In this document: positions 7,448-16,298 of the stretch, piece by piece | Position numbering within the stretch: position 1 is the stretch's first letter | Layout: each line of letters starts with the position of its first letter | Source of the DNA: an uncultured SAR86 cluster bacterium | GTDB taxonomy: Bacteria; Pseudomonadota; Gammaproteobacteria; Magnimaribacterales; D2472 | Direction: 5' to 3' | DNA length: 64,000 bases | NCBI GenBank assembly: GCA_943789005.1 | Contig: CALSSL010000001.1 | Location: 512,511 to 576,510, forward strand | Program-made: the position numbers and the translations under genes | Notes under the pieces: model-generated | Databases searched by the model: none | What the model saw: the letters and a program-made list of their open reading frames with translations, nothing else | Told to the model about the DNA's origin: nothing

Positions 7448-7882
7448 CTATTTCTTTTCAAATTGCTCTACTGCTTTATTGATTTCTTCACTTTCTATTG
7501 GATAAAGATACCCAGCAATCATCAACCCAATACCAATTGCGGAAACTAATAACCCCACTCCAAAAATGGCACCAACACCTAAACCAAACTTACCTAGCAA
7601 AAATAGACCAATACCTACTCCAATTGTAATAACACCATTTCTTCTATAATCGGTCGGTGATTTTCTTTCAACTAAACTCTCAAGAATTTCTTTCAAATCA
7701 TCAGGATTATTTATGTTTTTTGATATTGTGATGAGTGTGTCATATCTGCTCTTCTTATTTTTAGAATCATAAAAAAAGATAATTAATACAATTAAAACAG
7801 GCAATAGCACGCTAACATAACCAATCCCAAGTGCTAATGCTCCATTCAAAGAATCCATAAATCCATTCATTATTTTCTCCAT
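7448..7882 (-). CDS. Small multi-pass membrane protein, co-operonic with the XRE regulator
   Basis: 144 aa with one N-terminal and two C-terminal glycine-rich TM segments. It ends 2 nt before the HTH gene starts. Confidence 0.6.
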   Translation of the reverse strand: MEKIMNGFMDSLNGALALGIGYVSVLLPVLIVLIIFFYDSKNKKSRYDTLITISKNINNPDDLKEILESLVERKSPTDYRRNGVITIGVGIGLFLLGKFGLGVGAIFGVGLLVSAIGIGLMIAGYLYPIESEEINKAVEQFEKK

Positions 7883-7891
7883 ACTAAAAAA

Positions 7892-7946
7892 TTAAATGTA
7901 ACGTAAACTTACCATAAATTTTATGAGAAGCAAAGGTTACATTTAA
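7892..7946. promoter_or_regulatory. Candidate operator: 11-bp perfect inverted repeat upstream of the membrane-XRE operon
   Basis: TTAAATGTAAC (7892-7902) and GTTACATTTAA (7936-7946) are exact reverse complements separated by 33 nt. They lie in the 5' region of the minus-strand operon. Confidence 0.45.
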
Positions 7947-7995
7947 ATTTTTATTTATATTGTCAATATTGGTTAACTGGGTTTAGAATGGAATT

Positions 7996-8778
7996 ATGAA
8001 TAAATATATAAGATTATTAACACTTGTAACTATTTTTTGTTTTAGTTCATCCGGATATACTCATGACCTAAAAAATGCAATAGCCAGCAAAGAAAGAACC
8101 CCTAGTTATGTTTCAAGAGATGAATATAGAAATCCTCATGAGACCCTAACTTTTTTTCAAATTAAATCGGATATGAGGGTGGTCGAACTGTCACCCGGAG
8201 GAGGTTGGTATACTGAAATTCTTGCCAACTATCTTCACGAGCCCGGACTTTTAATAGCAGCACATTTTGATAAAAACTCAGATAGAACTTATTTTAAAAA
8301 TAGCAGGGCAGCATACGAAAAGAAAATCGCAGAAAAACCAATGTATGACAATGTTTATATAGTTGATCTGAGCTCAGAACTTGCTAGCGAAGGAAGTGTG
8401 GATGCAGTCCTTACATTTAGAAATCTCCATAACTGGCTGGGTCCACAGATGGATCTTATTTTTGCCAATAGTTACAAAGCACTGAAATCCGGAGGCATAT
8501 TTGGTGTTGTTGAGCACAGAGCTAGCCCAGGCACTTCAATGGATATAATGAAAAAAACTGGCTACGTAACAGAAGAACATGCAATTATGGTTGCAAAGAA
8601 ACATGGCTTTACTTTGGTTGCAAGCTCAGAAATTAATGCAAATAACAAAGATACTAAAGATCATCCCAAAGGGGTCTGGACTCTTCCACCAAATCTCAGG
8701 CTTAAGGATGTCGATAAAGAAAAATATATCGATATTGGCGAAAGCGATAGGATGACTTTGCTATTTAAAAAGCTTTAA
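7996..8778 (+). CDS. Class I SAM-dependent methyltransferase-like protein with signal peptide
   Basis: 260 aa. VVELSPGGGWYTEIL resembles SAM-binding motif I. The N-terminus is hydrophobic. Confidence 0.65.
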   Translation: MNKYIRLLTLVTIFCFSSSGYTHDLKNAIASKERTPSYVSRDEYRNPHETLTFFQIKSDMRVVELSPGGGWYTEILANYLHEPGLLIAAHFDKNSDRTYFKNSRAAYEKKIAEKPMYDNVYIVDLSSELASEGSVDAVLTFRNLHNWLGPQMDLIFANSYKALKSGGIFGVVEHRASPGTSMDIMKKTGYVTEEHAIMVAKKHGFTLVASSEINANNKDTKDHPKGVWTLPPNLRLKDVDKEKYIDIGESDRMTLLFKKL

Positions 8779-8781
8779 AAA

Positions 8782-9753
8782 ATGCAATATAGAAAGCTTG
8801 GTAATTCTGGCTTAAAAATTTCAGAGCTGTCTTTTGGTTCATGGGTAACTTTTCATAAACAAGTTGACTCTAAGCTGGCTGAGAAAATGTTTGGCCTATG
8901 CTTAGATTCTGGTGTAAATTTTTTTGACAATGCTGAGGGATATGAAAGAGGCATGTCAGAAATCGTTATGGGAGAGGCGCTCAAAACACTTAATAGACCT
9001 AGAGATTCATACTGCGTTAGCTCAAAAGTTTTTTTTGGATCACATGATAACCCGCTCCCAACGCAAATGGGCCTTAGCAGAAAACATATTACAGAAGCAT
9101 GCAATCAGGCCCTTAAAAGATTGCACGTTGATTATTTAGACTTATATTTCTGCCATAGAGCAGATCCTGACACACCGATCGAGGAAACAGTTTGGGCTAT
9201 GCATAATTTAATAACCCAAGGAAAGATTTTATATTGGGGTACATCTGAATGGACTGCACAAGAAATTAACCAAGCTTATGAGTTTGCCCTACAAAACAAT
9301 TTAACACCCCCAACCATGGAGCAGCCACAATATAACTTATTAGATAGAGAAAGATTTGAGGTTGAATATAGGCCAATCTTTGAGAAATATAAGATGGGGA
9401 CAACCAGTTGGTCACCGCTTGCATCTGGCGCACTAACCGGAAAATATTTAGACGGCGTGCCAGAGGGCTCCAGGGCATCACTCAAGGGTTATGAATGGCT
9501 GCGCAAACATATGATTGATTCTGACAGGGGCCAAGAAAGAATGAAGAAGGTTTCATCTTATATCGATATAGCTAAAGACTATAATTTAGACCCAACAAAG
9601 CTTGCTATAGCTTGGTGCCTATTAAATAAAAATGTTTCAACAGTAATTCTTGGAGCATCTAATGTTAAGCAGCTAGAAGACAATCTGAAATCTTTAGAGT
9701 ATATGGAAAAGCTCGAAAACAAGGACCTTGTTAACAGCTTAAATAAACTTTAA
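8782..9753 (+). CDS. Aldo/keto reductase (Kv-beta/Tas-like subgroup)
   Basis: 323 aa. MQYRKLGNSGLKISELSFGSW, GYERG and DLYFCHRAD are AKR motifs. Confidence 0.9.
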   Translation: MQYRKLGNSGLKISELSFGSWVTFHKQVDSKLAEKMFGLCLDSGVNFFDNAEGYERGMSEIVMGEALKTLNRPRDSYCVSSKVFFGSHDNPLPTQMGLSRKHITEACNQALKRLHVDYLDLYFCHRADPDTPIEETVWAMHNLITQGKILYWGTSEWTAQEINQAYEFALQNNLTPPTMEQPQYNLLDRERFEVEYRPIFEKYKMGTTSWSPLASGALTGKYLDGVPEGSRASLKGYEWLRKHMIDSDRGQERMKKVSSYIDIAKDYNLDPTKLAIAWCLLNKNVSTVILGASNVKQLEDNLKSLEYMEKLENKDLVNSLNKL

Positions 9754-9755
9754 TT

Positions 9756-9950
9756 TTGAAAACTAACATTGCAAGAACTATCCACTGGATAGGTTTTTTC
9801 ATGTCTTGTTTTATGTTGCTGGCATCAATACTAGACGAAAGCAAAGATGAAATTTTTATTCATCTTACAGCCTCCAGTCTTCCTTTATTTTTAGCTATAA
9901 CAATTCGATACTTAATCACAAAAGAATTTAAGATAATGCCTTTTAGATAA
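9756..9950 (+). CDS. Small hypothetical membrane protein
   Basis: 64-aa ORF with a TTG start and two hydrophobic segments. Weak support. Confidence 0.3.
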   Translation: MKTNIARTIHWIGFFMSCFMLLASILDESKDEIFIHLTASSLPLFLAITIRYLITKEFKIMPFR

Positions 9951-10008
9951 ACTGTTGAACAAATTATAATATTTTAATGTCTATTAATTTAACAAGGAGA
10001 CAAAAACT

Positions 10009-10221
10009 ATGAATGAGAAATATATACAAGCCCTAATATTAGGATCTTTAATTGGAGGAGCAATTTTATTTGATGATTATGTAAAGCCACAAAAAGAAAA
10101 AGCTATGAAAAAACACATGATTATCAAGAAATCGGATTATAAAAATGGTGATGTTTCTGATATAGAGGGAATTAAGGAACCAGATTTACTGCAAAATATG
10201 AAAGTTCTAGAAGGAGGTTAG
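10009..10221 (+). CDS. Small hypothetical protein
   Basis: 70-aa ORF preceded by AAGGAGA about 8 nt upstream of the ATG. Confidence 0.4.
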   Translation: MNEKYIQALILGSLIGGAILFDDYVKPQKEKAMKKHMIIKKSDYKNGDVSDIEGIKEPDLLQNMKVLEGG

Positions 10222-10310
10222 ATCTTAGATAATTTAGGAAAGCTTAGAGGACGTTGATATCCAAATAAAAGTAGAAGTTAAAAATAAAGACAAAGAAGAG
10301 GATAAATAAA

Positions 10311-10991
10311 CTACTCGTTATCAAAACCAAGATATTTAACAAAATCTTTATTATCTGCTCTGACTGATCTTACGTCATTTGCAGCAAAGCTTTCATCTGG
10401 ATAACCCATAGCTATACATATCATTATATTTTGATCATCAGGAATTTTTGCATACTCTCTAACAATATGAGACTGCATTATGCCTTGACCGTTAATAACA
10501 CACCCAATACCTCTTTCCCAAGCAGCTAGTATTATTCCATACGCCAAAGAACCCAGACCAAACTGACTAATTGCAGCTGGTTCAAGATATTTGTCATATG
10601 TTAGAACCAAAGAAACTGGTGCATCAAATTGCCTAAATCCTCTCAGCATCCAATCCATACGTTTTTCTTTATCGTCTCTTTCAATACCCATAGCTTCAAA
10701 GAGTTGGATAGCAACATCGATTTGATTCTTTCTATGAATTCCTTCGTACTCTTCTTTGTATGGAAAATCACGCACATGAGGTTTCCCAGCCATGGTTTCT
10801 TCGATGTTACCTTCTCTAATTTTATTTAATACCTCACCAGCTACTGCATGAATATGCCATGTTTGTGTATTGTATGAAGAAGGCGCCCACTTAGCAGCCT
10901 CTATAATTTCATCAACAAGTTCTTTTGGAACTGGTTTGTCTAAAAATCCTCTGACACTTTTTCTTGATTCAGCAAATTCTTTGAAGTTCAT
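10311..10991 (-). CDS. Nitroreductase family protein
   Basis: 226 aa. RKSVRGF and APSSYNTQTW are nitroreductase-fold motifs. Confidence 0.85.
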   Translation of the reverse strand: MNFKEFAESRKSVRGFLDKPVPKELVDEIIEAAKWAPSSYNTQTWHIHAVAGEVLNKIREGNIEETMAGKPHVRDFPYKEEYEGIHRKNQIDVAIQLFEAMGIERDDKEKRMDWMLRGFRQFDAPVSLVLTYDKYLEPAAISQFGLGSLAYGIILAAWERGIGCVINGQGIMQSHIVREYAKIPDDQNIMICIAMGYPDESFAANDVRSVRADNKDFVKYLGFDNE

Positions 10992-11018
10992 ATAACCTTT
11001 AGTAATTTTTCTAAAAGT

Positions 11019-11046
11019 TTGACATATTTTTATTGGTTTTTATATT
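11019..11046 (+). promoter_or_regulatory. Possible sigma70-type promoter
   Basis: TTGACA (11019-11024), 16-nt spacer, TATATT (11041-11046), about 60 nt upstream of the 11107 ATG. False positives are common in AT-rich DNA. Confidence 0.35.
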
Positions 11047-11106
11047 TTTAATTATGTTTAAATATCAACATACTATTGCTCAATTAATAAGGATGAGTTT
11101 ATTAAA

Positions 11107-11484
11107 ATGAAAGAAAATTTATATAAAATTCTCACCCCTGAAGAGTGGAACAAATCAAAAATTAGCGGGCTAATAACTACAGAGCTTGATCAAATTGATG
11201 GCTTTATTCATTTGTCTAATGCATCACAACTTTCAGCAACACTGGCATTATATTTTTCTGAACACGAAGAGGTGATATTGCTTTTACCAGAACTCAAACA
11301 TATTCGAGATAAATTAATTTATGAAGCAGTGGATGCTAAAAGCAAAAGATCTGGAAAGTTTGGACATTTATATGCAGAACTTAAGGTAGCTGATATATCC
11401 AAATCATGGGTTTTAAAGAGAAACGCCTTTGAAATACCTGAGGACATATTGCTTGAAGCAGAAACTGTAAACCCAGCTAACTAG
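11107..11484 (+). CDS. DUF952 family protein
   Basis: 125 aa. LYKILTPEEW...DGFIHLS matches the DUF952 signature. Confidence 0.7.
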   Translation: MKENLYKILTPEEWNKSKISGLITTELDQIDGFIHLSNASQLSATLALYFSEHEEVILLLPELKHIRDKLIYEAVDAKSKRSGKFGHLYAELKVADISKSWVLKRNAFEIPEDILLEAETVNPAN

Positions 11485-11513
11485 ACCATTTAGTAAAGTT
11501 TAGATATTCTATA

Positions 11514-11948
11514 ATGATGAAATTAAAACTACCCTTTACAGACAGCGGCCTTCACTGGACCACAGTAATTAGTGAAAAGATTCTTTTGGCAATTATTGGA
11601 ATAGCAACATGTGTTGCAGCGGCTCAGTATTTATATTGGATGTATGAAGCAAGAGAGATACTTCTTTCAGATTTATTTATGTTATTTATTTATGTTGAGA
11701 TAATAGGAATGGTTGGTGCATTCTATAGCACAAGTAGGATTCCAGTAACGCTCCCTATTATTATTGCGATAACAGCTTTATGTAGATTAATCATTATGCA
11801 AGGCAAAGAAATGGATGCGCTAATGCTGATTGGAGAGTCTGGAGCAATTTTGATTCTTTCTGTAGCTGCATATGTCATGAGCCTTAAAGACAAGATTAGT
11901 CTTGAGAAAAAGGAACAGTTCAAGGATGAAAAAAGTCCAGGAAACTAA
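11514..11948 (+). CDS. PsiE-like small inner-membrane protein
   Basis: 144 aa with four hydrophobic segments. Size and topology fit the PsiE family. Assignment is tentative. Confidence 0.45.
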   Translation: MMKLKLPFTDSGLHWTTVISEKILLAIIGIATCVAAAQYLYWMYEAREILLSDLFMLFIYVEIIGMVGAFYSTSRIPVTLPIIIAITALCRLIIMQGKEMDALMLIGESGAILILSVAAYVMSLKDKISLEKKEQFKDEKSPGN

Positions 11949-12119
11949 GTGATAGAGATTATTTATTTTTTAGTCTTCGCTTGGTTTTTTATCCATTTCA
12001 TAGAATGTATTTATTATAGAAAGACTATTAATAAATCTCCTCATGGCAGACTAAAAGGGTACTTATATACTTTTTTATTTGGAGTGCTATATCTTAGAAA
12101 GTTAAAATCGAAACATTAA
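11949..12119 (+). CDS. Possible 56-aa membrane peptide (below the ORF-track cut-off)
   Basis: GTG follows directly after the upstream TAA. It reads VIEIIYFLVFAWFFIHFIECIYYRK... and stops at TAA 12117-12119. Support is low. Confidence 0.25.
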   Translation: MIEIIYFLVFAWFFIHFIECIYYRKTINKSPHGRLKGYLYTFLFGVLYLRKLKSKH

Positions 12120-13420
12120 AAATTTTCTTCGTGGAAATCTGTAATAGCAGAATCAACCATTGCATCTCTAACTTGTAATTCTTGATATAGATTTAAAGAG
12201 TTTAAAGTCTTGCACCTGCTTAGAGCCACATAAGTTTGACCGGTAGCAAAAGCACCATTACCTAAATCTATCGAACAACTTTCTAAAGTTAATCCTTGGG
12301 CTTTATGAATAGTAACTGCCCACCCAAGCTTAATAGGAAATTGTTTGAAAGATGACACGACCTCCTCCTCCATCTCATCATTATATTCATCGTAAACATA
12401 TTTAATTTTATTCCACTCTTCTCTTTTAACTTTATGTATATCATCACCAACCTGAACTCTTAAGAACCTTCCTTTTTTGTCTGAACAATTAGTAACCTCA
12501 CCTATTGTGCCGTTTACCCATCGCCCCTCACTATCATTTTTTATAAACATTACTTTTGCACCTTTTTTTATTCTTAAATTCCTTGGCGCCGGAAGATCAT
12601 TTTCATTAAACTCTCCAAATTCCTCTGACTTAGCTGATGTAGCTGGTCCTTCTATGAAATTTAACATTTCTTCATTTATTTGCTCTGCTCTGTACTTTCT
12701 TGTGGTGATTATAAGAGAAGATTCATTATCAAAATCTGGATTAAAGCAGGCATGATTGATTTTATTTATTGATTCTTCAAGATTTTCTCCTAGACGAATA
12801 TTATTAAGAAGAGAATAAAAATTTTCATCTGCGCTTTGCCTAAAAGAATAAGTAAGCTCAAAAAAGGATGGATTCTTTATTGCTTTAAAACTATTTGCGC
12901 TGAAGAAATATACAGAATCATATTTTTCATCTATTGCATTTATTTCATTATCCTTAACAACTGGAGGTAATTGAAAAAGATCACCACATGCCAGAACATG
13001 AACCCCGCCAAAAGGCTTATCACTATTTCTATAAAGTTTTAAGGTCTCAGATATAGCATCAAGCATCGGAGCTCGAACCATTGAAATTTCATCAATAATT
13101 AAAAGCTCTAATTTTTTTAATAATTTTTTAAATCTAGGATCATTTGACTCTTGTATAACCGGAAAAGTATCAAAACCAATTCTAAAAGCAGAGTTTATCG
13201 TACTGCCGCCAATATTTAATGCTGCAACACCGGTAGGGGCAACAACAATTTTTTTAAGACTATTTTCTTCTAAAACTTTTTCTATGAGGGTCGTTTTACC
13301 AGTTCCAGCGGCACCAGTTAAATAGATAAACTGTTGCTTATCAGAATCTAAAAGATCGAGAACTCCACTTAAAGTATCTTCAAATGAATTCTTATTATCT
13401 ACATTTACTGTTTTTGTCAT
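12116..13420 (-). CDS. PIF1/RecD-like SF1B DNA helicase
   Basis: 434 aa. Walker A GAAGTGKTT, LIIDEISM (Walker B), GDLFQLPPV, and C-terminal VTIHKAQGLT...YVALSRC. Confidence 0.85.
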   Translation of the reverse strand: MTKTVNVDNKNSFEDTLSGVLDLLDSDKQQFIYLTGAAGTGKTTLIEKVLEENSLKKIVVAPTGVAALNIGGSTINSAFRIGFDTFPVIQESNDPRFKKLLKKLELLIIDEISMVRAPMLDAISETLKLYRNSDKPFGGVHVLACGDLFQLPPVVKDNEINAIDEKYDSVYFFSANSFKAIKNPSFFELTYSFRQSADENFYSLLNNIRLGENLEESINKINHACFNPDFDNESSLIITTRKYRAEQINEEMLNFIEGPATSAKSEEFGEFNENDLPAPRNLRIKKGAKVMFIKNDSEGRWVNGTIGEVTNCSDKKGRFLRVQVGDDIHKVKREEWNKIKYVYDEYNDEMEEEVVSSFKQFPIKLGWAVTIHKAQGLTLESCSIDLGNGAFATGQTYVALSRCKTLNSLNLYQELQVRDAMVDSAITDFHEENF

Positions 13421-13505
13421 ATGTTAAATATAGCTAGGCTTGTTAAAGATTTTTTTATTAACCTTATTTAGATGTAGAATTATATGATATTAAAAAACAA
13501 AATTG

Positions 13506-14804
13506 ATGATGAAAAATAAAGTAGCAATTATTGGAGCAGGCCCATCAGGCATAACTGCAATAAAGAACTTTTCTGAAGCAGGTTTTGAGGTAACAGCGTT
13601 TGAGAGATGTGAGGGAGTTGGAGGTAACTGGAGGTTTAATGATCCTTCAGGACATTCAAGTGTTTTTGAAACAACTCATATAATTAGTTCGAAATATACC
13701 TCATTCTATGAAGATTATCCCTTACCCGATTCTGCCTCAGACTATCCGTCTCACAAAGAACTTTTAGAATACTTTAATAATTATGCCGATCACTTTGATA
13801 TAAAAAAGTTAATTCATTTTGGAACTGAGGTTTTGCACTGTAAACAAAAAGATAACGACACATGGACTGTTAAATGGAAAAATCTCAAAGACGGACAGGA
13901 ATTTTCTGATACTTATGATGCATTGGTTGTATGTAATGGACATCACCACAAGCCTAGGTACCCAGATTATCCAGGAGAATTTTCTGGAGAGATGATTCAT
14001 TCCCATGACTTTAAATCTTCAGCACCATTTGTTGATAAAAGAGTTTTAGTTATTGGCGGAGGAAATTCTGCTTGTGATGTTGCAGTAGAAACTGCAAGAG
14101 TCTCTAAGTCAACCTCTATTAGTTGGAGAAGAGGCTATTATTTAATTCCTAAATTTATGTATGGCTTGCCCGTCGACCTATATGCTTTAAAAAATAGATG
14201 GATGCCTGCTTTTTTAAGAGCGCCATTTACAAAAATGATGCTAGAAATATTTCAAGGTAAAAACGAAGATATCGGACTTCAAAAGCCTGATCAAAACCTT
14301 TTCGCTACACACCCCACCGTTAATTCAGAACTTTATTATGCGGTTCGCCACGGAAAAGTAACTCCATATAAAGATATAGAGCGACTAGATGGAAATACCG
14401 TTCATTTTGTTGATGGTCAAAGCTCTGAGTTCGATACAATAATTGCTTGCACAGGATTTAAAATACAACATCCATTTTTTGAAAAAGACTTTATAAATTA
14501 TGAGGAGGGCAAAGTGCCTCTCTTACATAGAATGATTCCTGCTGACGTAAATAACTTATATTTTATTGGTTTATTTCAACCTCTTGGATGCATATGGCCT
14601 GGAGCAGAATTACAATCGAAATTAGCTGCAAAGCATCTGCAGGGCAATTGGAAGCCACGCAAGTCAATTCAAAGACTTATTGATGAGGAGATTGCAAAAC
14701 CTGATGTTAAGCAAATAGATACGCCTAGACACACTATTACAGTCGATGACTTCTCTTTTAGAGCTAGACTGAAAAAAGAGCTTAATAGGTCACAGAACAT
14801 ATAA
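13506..14804 (+). CDS. Flavin-containing monooxygenase (FAD/NADPH-dependent)
   Basis: GAGPSG dinucleotide motif, FSGEMIHSHDF (FxGxxxHxxxF FMO motif), GGGNSACD second Rossmann motif. The ORF track starts at TTG 13503; ATG 13506 is preferred. Confidence 0.85.
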   Translation: MMKNKVAIIGAGPSGITAIKNFSEAGFEVTAFERCEGVGGNWRFNDPSGHSSVFETTHIISSKYTSFYEDYPLPDSASDYPSHKELLEYFNNYADHFDIKKLIHFGTEVLHCKQKDNDTWTVKWKNLKDGQEFSDTYDALVVCNGHHHKPRYPDYPGEFSGEMIHSHDFKSSAPFVDKRVLVIGGGNSACDVAVETARVSKSTSISWRRGYYLIPKFMYGLPVDLYALKNRWMPAFLRAPFTKMMLEIFQGKNEDIGLQKPDQNLFATHPTVNSELYYAVRHGKVTPYKDIERLDGNTVHFVDGQSSEFDTIIACTGFKIQHPFFEKDFINYEEGKVPLLHRMIPADVNNLYFIGLFQPLGCIWPGAELQSKLAAKHLQGNWKPRKSIQRLIDEEIAKPDVKQIDTPRHTITVDDFSFRARLKKELNRSQNI

Positions 14805-14819
14805 CCCAGTCCATTTAAT

Positions 14820-15455
14820 ATGCAAGATTGTATAGTTTGCGAAAGCAAGTTAACTAAACCCTTTAATACTTCAGATAATCTTTTATATTGGGATTGCAAC
14901 TCATGTGAAGTTATATTCTTAGATAGCAAACATCATATAGATCCAGCCTCTGAAAGAGAAAGGTACCTAGAACACAAAAATATTATTCAAGATACAGCCT
15001 ATAGAGATTTTTTATCTAAACTTACAAATCCATTAAAAGAAAAACTTTCTTCAGGTTCCTGTGGCCTGGACTTTGGATGCGGTCACGGCCCTGCTCTTGC
15101 AGATATCTTAACGAAAGATGGCTTTGAGATTGAATTATATGACCCATTTTTTTATCCAAATAAAGAAATATTCTCAAAAATTTATGATTTTATAACCTGT
15201 ACTGAGACAGCAGAACACTTTTTTAGCCCAAAGAAGGAATTCGATATATTAAATAGCTTATTAAAACCCAAGGGCTGGCTTGGTGTTATGACATGTTTTT
15301 TAACCGAAAGAGAGGCCTTTGATAAATGGTATTATAGAAGGGACCCAACCCATGTAGTTTTCTATGCAGAAAAAACATTTGAAGTTATAGCAAAACAAAG
15401 AGGTTGGAAATGCGAAATAGTTACCAAAGATATAGTACTATTTTATAAACAATAA
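14820..15455 (+). CDS. Class I SAM-dependent methyltransferase with N-terminal Cys4 zinc ribbon
   Basis: CIVC...CNSC at the N-terminus. LDFGCGHG is SAM motif I. Confidence 0.75.
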   Translation: MQDCIVCESKLTKPFNTSDNLLYWDCNSCEVIFLDSKHHIDPASERERYLEHKNIIQDTAYRDFLSKLTNPLKEKLSSGSCGLDFGCGHGPALADILTKDGFEIELYDPFFYPNKEIFSKIYDFITCTETAEHFFSPKKEFDILNSLLKPKGWLGVMTCFLTEREAFDKWYYRRDPTHVVFYAEKTFEVIAKQRGWKCEIVTKDIVLFYKQ

Positions 15456-15476
15456 TTTTAAACTAAGGGGTTATAT

Positions 15477-15890
15477 ATGTTTAGTCATGTAATGTTGGGT
15501 GCAAATAATATAGAAGAGTCAAAAGTATTTTATGATGAGACTCTTTCGGCTTTGGGCGCAAGGCCAGGAAAGCTTTCCTTAAATCATGACGGACATACAA
15601 GATATATTTATTTCGTTAACAATAAAAATAGCTTCATAATTTCACAACCAATTAACAATCAAGAAGCAACTCATGGGAACGGCGCTACGATTGGATTTAA
15701 TGCCTTAAGTGCAGATATGGTAGACGAATGGTATCAAGCTGGAAAAAATGCCGGGGGATCTGATCCTGAATTATGCGACCCCCCAGGCATTAGAGAGGGT
15801 GGCGGTGTTCAGTTATATTTAGCATATTTGTTAGACCCGGCTGGTAACAAGATATGTGCTATGTATAGAATACCAAGGCAAGTCGACTAG
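15477..15890 (+). CDS. VOC (glyoxalase/bleomycin-resistance/dioxygenase) family protein
   Basis: 137 aa. MFSHVMLGANNIEESKVFY is a typical VOC N-terminus. Confidence 0.7.
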   Translation: MFSHVMLGANNIEESKVFYDETLSALGARPGKLSLNHDGHTRYIYFVNNKNSFIISQPINNQEATHGNGATIGFNALSADMVDEWYQAGKNAGGSDPELCDPPGIREGGGVQLYLAYLLDPAGNKICAMYRIPRQVD

Positions 15891-16276
15891 TTATTTTCTT
15901 TAGTTGCTAGAATTAAAAGCCCTCCAGCAATAGCAGTATTTTTAATAAAATTTTGCATCTCATGTGCCTGGGAAGGATCTCCACTCAAATCCCAAAAGTT
16001 ATGAATGTAGTAGTTAATTAGAAAAGTTAAAACAAATAATATTAGTCCACTCAATCTTAAATTTTTACCAAACACTATAAATAGACCAAATGTTGTCTGA
16101 ATTATTATAGTTAGTGGCAGAGTAATTGTTACTAACGGCACTCCTTTTAGAAGCATCAAGGCACCGATGTCATGATATGTAAAAAGCTTGGCAAAACCAA
16201 ATATGAAAAAATATAAACCAAGAATAGTTCTTCCAACAAGAAACGAAGCGTGATCAATTTTTTTTATATTTAACAT
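15887..16276 (-). CDS. DoxX family membrane protein
   Basis: 129 aa with four TM segments. Size and topology fit DoxX. Confidence 0.65.
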   Translation of the reverse strand: MLNIKKIDHASFLVGRTILGLYFFIFGFAKLFTYHDIGALMLLKGVPLVTITLPLTIIIQTTFGLFIVFGKNLRLSGLILFVLTFLINYYIHNFWDLSGDPSQAHEMQNFIKNTAIAGGLLILATKENN

Positions 16277-16298
16277 ATTTATATGTTAACTTAATTGC

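Noticed and set aside
8782-9753. The Kv-beta-like aldo/keto reductase could be an auxiliary subunit of the voltage-gated channel at 5951-6679.
   Set aside because: The two genes are about 2 kb apart and separated by an opposite-strand operon, a methyltransferase gene and a repeat boundary. Kv-beta-type AKRs are common stand-alone enzymes in bacteria. The sequence gives no evidence of linkage.
13506-14804. The flavin monooxygenase might be the marine trimethylamine monooxygenase Tmm.
   Set aside because: It shares only the generic FMO motifs. From memory, its N-terminal region (GGNWRFNDPSGHSSVFETTHIISSKY) does not resemble characterised bacterial Tmm sequences. Left as a generic FMO.
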